A stretch of 64,000 nucleotides of DNA from Carpediemonas membranifera BICM (Eukaryota; Protista; Fornicata). The stretch spans positions 167,769 through 231,768 of the forward strand of contig JAHDYR010000020.1 in assembly GCA_019828565.1 (NCBI GenBank). The letters run 5' to 3'. The position numbers and the translations under genes were made by a program. The stretch's first letter is position 1. The number at the start of each line of letters is the position of its first letter. The notes below the pieces were generated by a model. It did not search any database. It was given only the letters and a program-made list of their open reading frames with translations, and was not told where the DNA came from. Shown piece by piece: positions 30,758 through 42,364 of the stretch.

Positions 30758-31076
30758 GACCCCACCGCCGCCTGGCGAGCGACAGTCCGTTGCAAGCTTT
30801 GGAGCCGGGTACGCGCGCCCACACGTCCATCATGGTGCGGCCGTCGATGTCAGTAACACAGTCACCGAGTCCGCCCGGTCCAGCAGGCCGACACTCACGC
30901 GCCTATTCGACCTAGTGGGGAGATGCTGAAGGTCGCCGCCCCTGCCGAGCATCCTGATGTGAGCCTCGTCGGTCCACACGAGCACGGGGTCCGACCCGGT
31001 CGAGTGGACAGACATCTCCGCCCCCTTGGACGGCGTCGTGAGCCAGGTCCACGAGGGCCGTTGTGCTGCAACAGCC

Positions 31077-32267
31077 TCACACGACACGCATGAAGTTCGA
31101 GTAGAACGCCACGCCCACATGGTCGTCCCTGCAAACTAGCCCCTTCTTCTCAGCCAGCAGCAGCGCCTCCTTGGCCAGGATGGGAGTCACACCCGCCTCC
31201 TCGGCCAACGCCGCAGCAGTAACGGGCGTAAGCGTCGACAAGTCTTCCATGCTGCCAGCGAATCTCGCGAGATACCCTTCTACCGCCTCCAACAACGCAG
31301 TGGTGCCGACTGCACTGTCCTGAACGACGCTGACCCCGCTGCTGAGTCGGACAGTCTCAATGGGTATCCCCAGCTCGGGGAACAGCCTCAGAACGGCCAT
31401 GAAGTCGTCCGAGGACACCAACGCGGTGCCCCTGGCGCGGTTGTACATGGCGTACGCGTCCACGACCTGCAGCATGCCCTTCGCCTCCTTGAGCGGCCCG
31501 GCGAGGAACCCTGCCAGCTGTCGGGCAAGGTCTGTGTAGTAGGAGTCCCGCGAGACGTCCTTGGTGACGGGCGACACCAGACCGGCCGTGGCCATCATGG
31601 AGGCGAGCTCCTCCTTGTCCCGGTCATTGCCGTCGGACTGCTGGGCCGCAGCCTGCTGGGTTTGAAGCGTCTTGGCCATATCAGCCAATCTCTGGGCTTC
31701 TTTCATGAGCGTAGTCAGGTCGTCGAAGGCCCCCAGGAGGGCGTCGCCGCTCTTGGCCTGTTGCTGCTGTCTGTTCTTGATTCCTCCGATGCCATACACC
31801 CGGTCATATGCCGCCCGCTGTTCCTTACGGGTCCTCTCGGCCAGCGTCCATGCCTTTTCCTCAAGGGCCTTCGAGATCTTGTCGGCGAGCTTGGCCTCAT
31901 CCTGGTCGTGGAAAGTAATCATCATCTGATCCTTGCGGGTATCTGGAAACGCAGGTTGGTGGCCGGTGCGTCCTTTCATTGTGAGATTGACGCGGCCGTG
32001 CTTCCTGAAGAGAGCGCGGCCCTTGCTGGTGACGCTCGTCACGATCGAAAGTGGAACCTCATAGTAAACGACCTTTCCTGGATCCTCGTTAGCGAGAACT
32101 AGACGGTGTGTGGTTGCAATCGCGGCAAGATTCCGGTGCTCAGTACGGTTGTCTTCCCCGTCGTAGAGATTCACGTGAAAACTCTTGTGAATAATCGTCT
32201 CATTGTCGTTTTTGTCCAACACTAGGCCTCCATATCCGTCAATTCCTGCAACCGCAAAGTTGTTCAT
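31077..32267 (-). CDS. VPS36: ESCRT-II subunit Vps36
   Basis: GLUE-like TTHRLV, GIGGI, AFDDLTTLMKEA, YNRARGTALVS, LVCRDD. Confidence 0.9.
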   Translation of the reverse strand: MNNFAVAGIDGYGGLVLDKNDNETIIHKSFHVNLYDGEDNRTEHRNLAAIATTHRLVLANEDPGKVVYYEVPLSIVTSVTSKGRALFRKHGRVNLTMKGRTGHQPAFPDTRKDQMMITFHDQDEAKLADKISKALEEKAWTLAERTRKEQRAAYDRVYGIGGIKNRQQQQAKSGDALLGAFDDLTTLMKEAQRLADMAKTLQTQQAAAQQSDGNDRDKEELASMMATAGLVSPVTKDVSRDSYYTDLARQLAGFLAGPLKEAKGMLQVVDAYAMYNRARGTALVSSDDFMAVLRLFPELGIPIETVRLSSGVSVVQDSAVGTTALLEAVEGYLARFAGSMEDLSTLTPVTAAALAEEAGVTPILAKEALLLAEKKGLVCRDDHVGVAFYSNFMRVV

Positions 32268-32532
32268 CAAGTTTAACGCTCAACTCTGTTGACTATAAAC
32301 TGCGCATCGCCCTTGGCAGTGAAGTCAAAGAAGGCTAACAACCCCGGAGGAGCGTCCGTTTGCGTTGGGCGCTGATGGATTCGGCTCTGGCAGTCACTCG
32401 ACTTCCTCAAGGAGATCGCAACGGCCCGCGAATCGCTGGGAAATCCACCGGCTCAAGTTTTGACATTGCCGTTGTCTTTGCTGATGGCAACTGCCGGTCA
32501 ACAATGCCTCTGCCGGGGTGGGTGACCGCACC

Positions 32533-32724
32533 TTTTATGTATACAAGCACTGATGCATATCAGATGCGGCTGGCCGGGGCCAACCATTCCTCCGGGAGGA
32601 TGTCACCAAGGGAAGACCGATCGGCGTCCCCATTCGCGACCCCCTCCTGGGAGGCAGGTAAAATAGTTAAAGGTGCGGTCCTGAGTAGGCGTCTGTGGTT
32701 CGCTGTTCGGGCCTGGTAGAGGCT
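32533..32724 (-). repeat. Diverged coding-derived repeat (3' end of an unknown element), copy 1
   Basis: Homologous to 59620-59812; both encode ANHRRLLRT...ILPEEWL, with the stop at the same place and a shared 3' tail. Confidence 0.7.
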
Positions 32725-32918
32725 TTCCTGTCCTGTGACACCGGTCATCGTGTCAGACGCTGGCTATGCTACCTGTGTCAGTGCCTTCAGCTTGCTATGC
32801 TGGTCGGGTGGTTAAACAGGGTGATGGTATGATCCAGTGCATGGCCCTTGTTCGCCAAGGATTAATGGCCGACACTGTCGGAGGGACCCTTGCTGTTGTT
32901 ACATTTACGAATTATTCG

Positions 32919-33377
32919 TTATTGTTTCTTAGCCTCCTGACGCAGCTCGTAGTTGAGACGACGCTGCTCCTCACGCTCCTCGAGCTCTTGGGACGAGGGT
33001 GGTGCCTTTCCCATCTCCCGAAGCCTAGCCTCGTATCTCTCGTGGTCGAAACGGCGGGCCTCGCGGGCAGCGGCACTGAAGATGTCCGCAGGGTTGGAAC
33101 CGCTCTCGTACTTTTCGGCGGGGATCTCGTGGTAGCGGGTCTCGTATCGGTCCTCGTAGACGACCTTCGTGGGCTGCTCCTTGGGGGCCTTCTTCTGGGT
33201 GACGGTAACCTTCTTCTCTACGGTTTTGACGACCTTCTTAACGACCTTCTTGCCGTGCTGCTGACGGAAGGACTCCCAATCCTCCTCCGTACCGTTCTCG
33301 CCAACCTTGGAGAAGAATTGCTGCGCCTTTCCGGTAGCAGCGGCGATCATGGCATCAAGTTCTGCGTCTGTGGGCAT
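32919..33377 (-). CDS. Hypothetical charged protein (152 aa)
   Basis: ATG ORF with host-like GC3 codon usage; CGTAAA after the stop. Confidence 0.65.
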   Translation of the reverse strand: MPTDAELDAMIAAATGKAQQFFSKVGENGTEEDWESFRQQHGKKVVKKVVKTVEKKVTVTQKKAPKEQPTKVVYEDRYETRYHEIPAEKYESGSNPADIFSAAAREARRFDHERYEARLREMGKAPPSSQELEEREEQRRLNYELRQEAKKQ

Positions 33378-33472
33378 ATTGTTGTTATTCTATCTTACCT
33401 GCGTGTTGCGGTGGTGTTTGCCTGCCCACTTATGTGATACATAAGACACATAAATGCGAACATGAGTGATCA

Positions 33473-33534
33473 ATGATGACGAGATCCATATCAGACAGCC
33501 TAGGAGGGGCGGCTCGATGGCAGTAACCGGCTGA
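33473..33534 (+). ncRNA. Possible box C/D snoRNA
   Basis: ATGATGA (33473-33479) ... CTGA (33531-33534) in an intergenic gap, with a short gagt/actc flanking stem. No target verified. Confidence 0.2.
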
Positions 33535-33654
33535 CCGACTCACAATGGTTCCTCTCATCATTCACCAGGTTGTTGCTGACGAGTTATGCGTGCTGGCCAA
33601 GTATAAAACAGCAGCGCCTTTGCCTTTATTATCCGTGGAATGACCCATATAAAG

Positions 33655-34508
33655 TCACCCCGGATTCCTCGGGATGACGCTCAGTTCAGTCCCACAACCG
33701 GCGCACTTGTGGACGAAACGCTCGTGTACTGCCATGCAAGCGGAGCAGACAAATCCAAACGCCACAGTCTTGCCTGTGTCGACTGCAATGGCGTTGTGGG
33801 CCCCAGCGGCCGCCCGGCCCGGCACGACTGGCATGACACGCCGCACACTCACGGGGACGGATAGCTCGACGAGGGCGGCGGTCGGGAAGGCTGCGTTGTC
33901 GTATGCTGGGTCAAGCAGGTCCCAGGAGAGAAGATGGCCGCCTGTGAGATCGGCCGCCTGCTGGAAGGGGACGGGGGTCGAGTCGGACCCGAGGTAGCAG
34001 CAGTCGACTGGCCAGCCCTCCCGCTGCGCCATGAAAAAGGAGTTAACGAACTCGCTGACGCCACTGGCCACAGGTCGGGCGGACAGGAGGAGGAACCGGG
34101 AGGGCATGGGGGTCACAGTCAGCCGGGATAGTTTGTTCGCCATGCAAAGCGCAGACATGAATGCGGAGACAATGCATGACGTCTCTCTGCCGGTTGGAAG
34201 TCTGTCGAGGGCATCTCGGATGAGGTCCGATATGCTGGCACTGTGCTCGACAGGTGCCAGGGAGATGCCGTTGGGGCGGTGGAATGTGGAGAAGATAACG
34301 TTACTGCATGAGAATAGTCGAATGGTACAAACGGAGCGCTCTGGCTGGACGCGAGTATGGCGAACTGGCTCTCACTGTTCGAAACTAGGTGGAGATTGAC
34401 CAGCGCGAGCACAGACTCCACTATTTCTTGGAAGAACGGCCCTTTTGGAACATCAAGGATGACAAAAAGACATTCAGGAACAGCTGTATGCGCCACTGGT
34501 GCGCTCAT
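33655..34508 (-). CDS. TFB4: TFIIH subunit p34/Tfb4, with one 29-nt intron
   Basis: vWA-like LFVILD; ALCMANK; NSFFMAQR...VDCC; QQAADLTGG; C-terminal GFVCSAC...C..C. Confidence 0.85.
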
Positions 34509-34688
34509 CCTTCTGTGTCAAATCTGACAATACGCATCGCCGGGCAAAGACCAGGCGTTGTAGGAATGGCATCGTTACCGCATCTGTTTCAGGCACAGGA
34601 AATGGCTCGTGAAAGTGTTTGCGCCACTTGTCCGGAGTCGTCTCGACTCGGTGAGCTGAGATGATAACAGGTGAGTATTTACAAAGCC

Positions 34689-36299
34689 TTACCCCCTAGG
34701 AGCGGGGCCGCCGGCCTGCTTGCTCATGATGAGATGGTCTACGCTGAGCACCGTCACAGCAGCCTGGGCGGCGCCCTGGAGCATGTGGTACTTCGTTCCT
34801 CTGTGGTCGAGGACGCCTGCCGCCTTCATGTCCAGCAGGGGGTCGCGCATGTCGCTGATGTTGACGCCCATCGTCGTCTTGCCCTCCTCCTGCGCGACCA
34901 TGAGGTTCGCGATGACGGTCGTCGCGTCCATGCCGCCGGTCTCAGCGAGAACGCGAGGGATCTGCTGCAATGCGACGGCGTACGCGCGGATAGCGTACTG
35001 CGAGAGGTCCGCGGTGTTGTCCGCGAGCCGCAGCAGGCTGTGCGCGAGGAACATCTCGATGGCGCCGCCGCCCGCGACGAGGACGGGGTCCTTGGTCATG
35101 TGGTACGTCGTGTTCACGCCGTTGGCCACCGCGCGGTCGACGTCCTCGATGAGGTTCTTCGTGGCGGCGCGGAGCACGACGGTGGCGATGCCGGACGACG
35201 TCGAGCTCAGGTTGTTGCGGGCGATGGTGACGGTGACATCGCCGAACTCCTTCGTGTAGATCTCGTCGGAGTGGCCCATCTGCTTGGTCGACGGCGGCAG
35301 CAGGTTCACGAGCACAGAGGCGCCGACGCTGCTGGCGATGCGGCGGAGCTCGAACTTGCTGTGGATGCGAATGACCATGAGGCCCTTCATCTCGCAGTAG
35401 TGCAGCGCCAGGTCGCCGATCGAGCCGTTGACGACGATGGTGTTGACCCCCGCGTCGACGATGTCCTGGATGAGCTTCTCCATGTGGCTCTCCTCCTTGT
35501 TCGAGTAGTTCTTGAGGTCCTCGGCCGTCTCCAGGACGACCGTGCCCTTCGTCTCCATCTCCTCGTAGTCGAGCGGGCAGGCGTACACAGCGATGTTGGC
35601 GTCCTTCAGCTCGGTCACGGTGGTGCGGCTCACCTGCTGCATTACGACGCCGCGGACGACCGCAGACATGCTGAGGTTCCCACCCATGAGCTTCGCGACC
35701 TGGATGCTGTTGGGCGTGAACTTGCCGTTGCGGGCGACGGTCTCGACGGCCTCGCCGATGAGGGGAGAGACGACCATAGACAGGTCGCCGAGCTTGGACG
35801 ACACGACGGGATCGACGAGACGCGCGACGTTCTCCTTGGTGATGTCCGTGAAGTTGTCGGCGATGGCCACGTCGCTCTCAAGCTCCTTCAGGATGTGCGT
35901 CGTGGCGAGCTCGAAGCCGCGGCGGATGTCCTGCACTGTGAGGCCCTGGTTGAGGAGGTCGCCGGCCTGATTGAGCAGCTCACCGGCGAAGACGATCGAG
36001 CTGGTGGCGCCGTCGCCCATCTCCACCGCCTGGTCTTGTGCGGCCATGACTATGAGCTTGGCGGCGGGATGCTCGAGCTCGAGCTCCTGGATGATCGTAG
36101 CGGAGTCCTTCGTGAGGAAACTCTTGCCCAAATGGTTCACAACGAGCTTGTTCATGCCCTTGGGGCCAAGGGAGCTGCGTACGAGCTTGGACAGCTCGTG
36201 GCAGGCACCAATGTTGCCCATGACACCCTCTTCACCGGCCATTTGCCGGGTTCCTTCCTTTGCAAGCTGTGCAAGTCCTACTTTAGGCAATGCTGGCAT
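34689..36299 (-). CDS. CCT8: Chaperonin CCT theta subunit
   Basis: GPKGMNKLVVNHL, HPAAKL, ETKGTV, SKFELRR, IMSKQAGGP. Confidence 0.95.
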   Translation of the reverse strand: MPALPKVGLAQLAKEGTRQMAGEEGVMGNIGACHELSKLVRSSLGPKGMNKLVVNHLGKSFLTKDSATIIQELELEHPAAKLIVMAAQDQAVEMGDGATSSIVFAGELLNQAGDLLNQGLTVQDIRRGFELATTHILKELESDVAIADNFTDITKENVARLVDPVVSSKLGDLSMVVSPLIGEAVETVARNGKFTPNSIQVAKLMGGNLSMSAVVRGVVMQQVSRTTVTELKDANIAVYACPLDYEEMETKGTVVLETAEDLKNYSNKEESHMEKLIQDIVDAGVNTIVVNGSIGDLALHYCEMKGLMVIRIHSKFELRRIASSVGASVLVNLLPPSTKQMGHSDEIYTKEFGDVTVTIARNNLSSTSSGIATVVLRAATKNLIEDVDRAVANGVNTTYHMTKDPVLVAGGGAIEMFLAHSLLRLADNTADLSQYAIRAYAVALQQIPRVLAETGGMDATTVIANLMVAQEEGKTTMGVNISDMRDPLLDMKAAGVLDHRGTKYHMLQGAAQAAVTVLSVDHLIMSKQAGGPAPRG

Positions 36300-36598
36300 C
36301 TCTCAACTTCTTGAGAATTTTCCAAAAACTGACGAATCAATCTGGGCGATGACAGAGCTGAGCTGCCCCATGCTAGTGCAGCCCGTTCTTGCTGTCGACC
36401 CATCTCGTTTTCGCTGGACGGCCGTTAGGTGCCCCTGTTGCAACCACAGCGGAAAAACTGACACCGGTGGCCAGAAATATGTTGGCTCCACACCCAGTCA
36501 CTAGTGGTAATGCAGCAGGAAGGTAGAGCCCAACGTGGAAGTTTACTACGACTAGACAGACATAAATCCTCTCATTCCTCTAATCCCTCGCCTATTGG

Positions 36599-37501
36599 TC
36601 ACGGTACGCTGGTCTCGAGCTCGAGCTGGTGTAGCCTCCGCTCGGCCATCCCGACCTGCCACTCCACTGCCCGCCGACGGACTTCAGCTGCGGCGGCTGA
36701 CCTCGCCGCTGCCGCTACTTGCTCGCGGACGACACGAAGGTCGCGGAGCCCATTTTCGTACAGCTTGTCGACCCTCTGCGCGGCACCGTCGTACATATTC
36801 GCCTCCATGGTCACGACAGACTGGGCCAGACGCCGCAGCTCCCTCTCGGCCGCCTCAACCGCCGGCCCCTCAATCTCTGCCTGGCCGTCGAGTAGCTTGA
36901 TGGTCTGCTCAGTGGCCTTGAGCTTCTCTGCAGCCTCCTGCGCCTCGGACTTCGCGACACCATAAGCCTCCTCAAGAAGCGCAATCGATCTCTCGAGGTT
37001 CGCGACGGCTGCCGGGTCCTGCTTGAGCGCTGCTATGCGGAGCTCCCGATCTAACTCCAGGTTGCGGGACTCCACCTCGTTGAGATCCTCAGTCGCCCTG
37101 GTGAGCTCGCCCAGAAGCGCCTCGTGCTGGCTTGTGAGTTGTTGCTCGGAGTCTGTGTAGTCCTGCTGCATCGCTACGAGCTCCCTCTTATACTCGTCGA
37201 GCTGTTTGCCGACCGCGGCGGCCTGCTTCACCCGATTGTCTTCGTCACGTTCCATTTCACCACATAGTTGCTCAATATCACGCTTCTCGGATGCGAGGTC
37301 GGATATTAGCTCTTCTTGGCTTGCTAGGATCCGGTCCATGTGTGTCGCCATCTCCATCTGCGTGCGAATGGAGGCAACCAGTGGTGGCATGTCTCCGCCG
37401 GTGTCTCCAAGAGAGACGTCGAGATCCTTCACACCTAAACGATCCAATTCTGTATTCAAGCGGAGCACTAGCTCCTGCAACTGCGTTGTCTCGGAATTCA
37501 T
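36599..37501 (-). CDS. Coiled-coil hypothetical protein
   Basis: 300-aa heptad-rich ORF. Confidence 0.7.
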   Translation of the reverse strand: MNSETTQLQELVLRLNTELDRLGVKDLDVSLGDTGGDMPPLVASIRTQMEMATHMDRILASQEELISDLASEKRDIEQLCGEMERDEDNRVKQAAAVGKQLDEYKRELVAMQQDYTDSEQQLTSQHEALLGELTRATEDLNEVESRNLELDRELRIAALKQDPAAVANLERSIALLEEAYGVAKSEAQEAAEKLKATEQTIKLLDGQAEIEGPAVEAAERELRRLAQSVVTMEANMYDGAAQRVDKLYENGLRDLRVVREQVAAAARSAAAAEVRRRAVEWQVGMAERRLHQLELETSVP

Positions 37502-37568
37502 GCTCGGGCCCGAAATTTGTAAGTCTTAAAGTGCAAGCTCCAACTGGCAAGACTGACCGCGTTTATCC

Positions 37569-38597
37569 TCAGTTCCACCCTACCGCTGCAGCTGCCATCT
37601 TGAGGGCGCCCTCCAGGGTCTTGTTGCCTCCAATAAATCCCGCCGCGTGGACGAACACACACCCCTCGATACCACTAACCTCGTCAAGGGCCGCGTCCCT
37701 CACACCACGCCAGGGCTCGGGCAGAGGCTTCCGCTGGGAGAACTCCTGCTCGCCCGGGACGGCCTGGATGCGGTACGAGTCGGATGAGGGGAATACGACG
37801 TAAAGCACGGGGGCCTCGCCCTCCTCCTCGACTTCCTTAAGGTGTGCAGGCCAGGGGCAGAACGAGTCAAGGACAACGACCTGACCAGACGCGTGGTGCT
37901 GCTTTCTGGAGGCATAGGCGTCGCTAACCACCTTGCGGGCCGGGAGAGAGTGGCGCACCCAGCGCACGATGGAGTCTGTGAGCTCCTCCCCAACCATCTT
38001 CACTGCCTGGTGGAACATAGCGAGCGCTTCCTCGTCGGTCTGGCTCTGGTTCCAGGCCGGGTTGAGTCTGGCGACGCGAGAGGGGAGGTCGGTGGTGATG
38101 CGGTAGGCGGGGTCCTCAGCGATGGCTCTGCCAGTGTCGTTAGCGTCAATGGCATGCATGAAGCTGTCGTAGACGTGGTAGAAAAGGGTCTCGGCGAAAG
38201 CTGCGGGGCACGAGAGCGAGTGCTTGGCGAGGATGGAATCGATCACCTGGCGACCGTATGTGCGGTAGATCAGGCCAGCAGAGGAGAGCTTAGTGCCGGC
38301 GAACTTCTCGTCGAGCTCCGCCATCGTCTCGGCAAAACCGCGCTGGTGATGATCGAAGCGGAGCTTCTCGGCATCGTAGACACCGCCTGTGTGAGGAATG
38401 GAGCGGAATACATGCCAACATCAGCCACAATCGTGCACTTATCTAGCACATCGTTGTCGCGGGTACGAATGACCTCGGCGTTCTCGTAGTCGGGGAGCTG
38501 CTTGAGCATGAAGACTGCGCACGCCTGAGTAAGTGTAAAGAGAGGCACGTGCTTCATCGGCGTGGAATTTTCCACTGTGGGTTCCTATAGAGACCAT
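37569..38597 (-). CDS. MYG1: MYG1 family exonuclease, two short introns
   Basis: IGTHSGKFHADE, IRTRD, FDHHQRGF, KLSSAGLIY, FVHAAGFIGGN. Confidence 0.92.
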
Positions 38598-39107
38598 TTG
38601 GCGGCGGATGAGCCAAAGCTGCACAACCGTGACGTCGCCACAAGACAAGCAAGGTCAGTGAAGTCAATCAGAGGTGAAGTGAATGTCCATTCGTTCAGCC
38701 TGTCCCGCCAAGCATGAAGAGCAGTCACCCATTGATGCTGACCCTACCAGGGTCACACGGGCCTTGGGCTGTGTGACCCTGGCTTTGGCAAAACATATGA
38801 TATGGCAACATCACTCGTATAACAATAGGTTGAAGGGCTCCCCTTTCCTGTACAGGCAGACGGGTCTTCCCCACAGTCCTGCCCAGGCCAGCTGCTCGGA
38901 ACACCCAACCCGCACTGCAGTTGTAGCTCATGTGCACAGGTATATTGATTCACCTCACAGTTGCCGAGAGCAACGCCGGGGCCAAACGCGCCACTGGCGC
39001 TCTTTGATGCTGTTTCCACCCGACCTCAAGGGTTCAACTGCTAAGAGGTCGGCATATTGACTACCGCGCATTTACACATGCTGGATTGATAGAAACTCTG
39101 TCCCAAC

Positions 39108-39410
39108 TCACACCTCGACGTCCTGGACGGCGTCATCGCCCTTATGGTGGGTCGTTTCCTCGCTGATCTCCATGAGGGTCTCGAACTGGTCTTCAATGGG
39201 CTTGTTCTCAATCTTGTTGGCCATTTTCCGTCTGTGCTCCTGCTTGCGCAGCTGCTTCTTGGTGATCGGCTTCTGGACAAGAGGTTGCTTCACAGAGCCG
39301 TTCTTCACAGCCATCTTACGCTTCTCCTGGCGCTTCTTCTTCACAGCGCGAAGCTTGGTGACTGCGATGATACTAGAAGGCTTCTGAAGGCCCGGACAAC
39401 GACGACCCAT
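39108..39410 (-). CDS. Small basic (probably nucleolar) hypothetical protein
   Basis: 100-aa Lys/Arg-rich ORF with an acidic tail. Confidence 0.55.
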   Translation of the reverse strand: MGRRCPGLQKPSSIIAVTKLRAVKKKRQEKRKMAVKNGSVKQPLVQKPITKKQLRKQEHRRKMANKIENKPIEDQFETLMEISEETTHHKGDDAVQDVEV

Positions 39411-39577
39411 TGAAAATGATGCTTCTTCGTTTCCGCCTCCTCCAGTTACATATTACGTTAGGCCATGTATACCTGACCTGAAACAACACATTTGATGATT
39501 TACGTTGATTTACGTTATACCTGGACACTGTCCGAGGGTAACCCTAATCTTTATGAGCGGTAATATGGCTATGTACA

Positions 39578-40561
39578 TCACACGTGCTTCCACCCCTTGT
39601 CGTCGCTCGGCTCGTCGAGCTTGACCCCTTGAGAGGAGTGAGAGGAGTGCAGGTGGTCCTTGGTCAGCAGGTAGGTCCCGCCGATCACACCGACAATGCC
39701 CAGCAGGAAGACAATGTCCTGCAGCACCGTGGCCGACCCGAACTCCTGGAAGAAGAAGATGCCCGAGAAGACGGAGTACACGACGAGCGTGACGAAGTAG
39801 ATGGGAACCACGATGACGTTGTCGAACTTCGCGATCGCCATCTGCAGGAAGTGGTTCTGGACGACGAGGGTCAGCACGGTCCCGCCAACGAAGACATAGC
39901 TGAACGGATGGCCGAGCTGCGACTCGCCGCTCAGCGTCAGCCGCACAAGCTCAGCGCTGCTCTTACCGCCCAGGTTGCCGAACGCCCCGATGGCCCCGGG
40001 CAGGACGGACGCGATGATGGCGTTCGAGTGGCCCGACCGCATCGCCTCGACCAGCCCGACCACCGTGAGGACACAGAAGGCGAGGTACCAGAAGGCGGGG
40101 TCGTGCATGGAGGAGAACTTGTGCCACAGCTGGGCCGCGGTGAACAGCAGGTCATCCTTGGCCGAGAAGACGACAGTCGTCCAGCTGCCGACCATGATGA
40201 GCACGGTGCCGACCTTGTCCAGCTTGGTGAACGCCTCGCCCAGCTTGACGTGGGAGAAATACCCACTGGCAACGAGACCGATGCCGCCTAGCGGGAGTGC
40301 GACGGACGCGGGAAGGAAACCAAGGGCCACGAAATCGAGGACCACACCCGAGAGAAAGAGGGCAAAAGCAGCCCACCAGTAAACGTCCTGGAAGTACTGA
40401 CGCTTCGGCTCCGTCCGTGCTAGGCGGAGATGGACGATTTTCTGGCAGCCCATGCCAATATTCTGGTTCAAGGTGGCAGTGACACAGAGAACAACACCAA
40501 GAAGAAACACTGGGCTTGTAAACGTGGCCAGTGCCACGTCAATTAGCTCGCTGACTGCCAT
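39578..40561 (-). CDS. NIPA-family Mg2+ transporter (DMT superfamily)
   Basis: About 9 TM helices; NIGMGCQK, WWAAF, FVALGFLPASVALPLG, VVPIYFV. Confidence 0.88.
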   Translation of the reverse strand: MAVSELIDVALATFTSPVFLLGVVLCVTATLNQNIGMGCQKIVHLRLARTEPKRQYFQDVYWWAAFALFLSGVVLDFVALGFLPASVALPLGGIGLVASGYFSHVKLGEAFTKLDKVGTVLIMVGSWTTVVFSAKDDLLFTAAQLWHKFSSMHDPAFWYLAFCVLTVVGLVEAMRSGHSNAIIASVLPGAIGAFGNLGGKSSAELVRLTLSGESQLGHPFSYVFVGGTVLTLVVQNHFLQMAIAKFDNVIVVPIYFVTLVVYSVFSGIFFFQEFGSATVLQDIVFLLGIVGVIGGTYLLTKDHLHSSHSSQGVKLDEPSDDKGWKHV

Positions 40562-40751
40562 CTCTCTGTCAGTCTCGGATCAGTTACATATGTTACATGT
40601 CACATCACAAATCATATATAACACATAAGTCCAGCCCCAATATGTCGGCCAGTTGCTTTAAAAAGGTCGAGGCTAAAAGGGTTAGGACTAATTCTTGACT
40701 CTCTGCAATTGGTAGACCACTGAGCAATACCACATCCAGCCGACGTCCCAG

Positions 40752-41657
40752 CTAGTCCCAGAATCCATCGTCGCTGTCCTCATCCATACCCCGGGGCGCA
40801 TACTTGCCCGTGTACACCCTGGCCTCCCTGCAGTACCTCCAATAGCCGCTGTCTTCCTTGACAGCGCCACTCTGCCCCGCCATCTTCTGCGCCTCCCCGG
40901 CCAGGCCATCCGCCCGCTCGTTACCAAGGATGCCGCTGTGGGCTTTGACATGGGCGATGACGAGGTCTCCCCCAGTGTGTCGGTCCAGGTAATAAACGAT
41001 CTTGTCCCACAGATCGGGGTTCCTATGCTTGGCAACGGGCTTGGCCAACCAAGCTCTGACCCAGCCCTGATTCACCGCATCCACTATGTACTTTGAATCA
41101 CTCAAAATGGCTACATTCTCGCCCTGTCTGATGCTTTTGAGTGCCTTCAGGACTCCCCGGAGCTCCATCCGGTTATTCGTTGAGAGTTGGTAGCCCTTGC
41201 TCCATTCTACGACAGGTTCCCCAGGACGCATGATAACCGTACCGTAGCCGCCGACGCCTGGGTTTGGAGAGGCGGCACCGTCGGTAAAAATGACCGAGTC
41301 AAACTTGAAGTCGCGAAAGAGGGCGTGCTCGGGCTCGAGTCCCCCTGAGGTAACAGCTGCTTGCACAGCATCAGCTCTTCTCAGCCTGACATGACGAGCG
41401 AGTGGCGTAGGCGGCGTGGCTGTGCGAGTCGCCTCTGAAGTCGAGGGACAGCTTGCTGTCAGGGGCACATTCGTCCCGAAACTACCGCTAGCGTCGGAAT
41501 TTTGTAGCGTTTCTGAACGCTTTTTAGCTTCTGCGCAGTGCTGCTTGTGTTGCTGGAGCAGCTGGACAGCAAGCACCTGATCCTCGCGAGAAAGCTGTGC
41601 AACAAGGTTATCAAGACCAATTGCTGACTTAACAGCCAAATAATCCCGTTCTGACAT
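40752..41657 (-). CDS. Bacterial-type ribonuclease HI with N-terminal extension
   Basis: FTDGAASPNPGVGGYG, TNNRMEL, SDSKY, NPDLW, HVKAHSG..GNERAD, EDSGY. Confidence 0.92.
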   Translation of the reverse strand: MSERDYLAVKSAIGLDNLVAQLSREDQVLAVQLLQQHKQHCAEAKKRSETLQNSDASGSFGTNVPLTASCPSTSEATRTATPPTPLARHVRLRRADAVQAAVTSGGLEPEHALFRDFKFDSVIFTDGAASPNPGVGGYGTVIMRPGEPVVEWSKGYQLSTNNRMELRGVLKALKSIRQGENVAILSDSKYIVDAVNQGWVRAWLAKPVAKHRNPDLWDKIVYYLDRHTGGDLVIAHVKAHSGILGNERADGLAGEAQKMAGQSGAVKEDSGYWRYCREARVYTGKYAPRGMDEDSDDGFWD

Positions 41658-41900
41658 GAAAAGCGAGCTTGGACTGTTTCTTTTTTCTCTTTATCCAAAG
41701 AGCAGTTCGGCACCTTTCGCAAACTGCACCTGACTGTGTGAATCTGAAACAGTCTGTCACTTATCATCGCGTTAGAGATGGTACATGCGTCTATTGCCCC
41801 ACTTTCAGCCACTGGCTTCGTGTCATCCGAATTCAGTGGTGCCAAACTCAGCTCCTCATGGTCGATGCGCACGGCTGGAGCTGTATCATAATCTGTTGGC

Positions 41901-42364
41901 GATAGAATGGCTCTCTATTCAGTGCTAGTCGCAGTGGTTGAGCCTACGGGTGTGAGCTGATGGTGGATTGAGTCAGCCGAGTCGTAATCTTAGACGACTT
42001 CGGAAATTAAGGTTGGGAATTTAAAAAATAAAGATGGGTCAGCCATCCTGTATGAGCTTCTATCTTGATGCAATCGTGCGAGTTTTAGCCCTCTCAGACC
42101 TCTATTCGTCATGTTCGATGTCTGTCGAAATCGAAGTTTGGGCCGACTCCAAACACATACTTCCAGTGTGCGCCCGCTGGTAATGGCCCGGATCCAGATG
42201 TTAGAGAGCTATACAAGCTTTATGGCAGAGCGACAGCGATTCGATGGTTGTAGTCGAGGTGAAAGTATCGCTCAGCTTCGGACCCGCAGACTCGAGAGGA
42301 TTTCGAAAGTCAGGTGAACATGTCGCCAACCAGATTGACGGAGGATACGACTCTGCATGGCCTA
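41901..42364 (+). repeat. About 465-bp dispersed non-coding repeat, copy 1
   Basis: Near-identical to 56758-57224. Confidence 0.93.

Noticed and set aside
39493-39556. TTGATGA plus ACCCTAAT as a C/D snoRNA against SSU rRNA
   Set aside because: No canonical box D and only about 9 nt of recalled complementarity.
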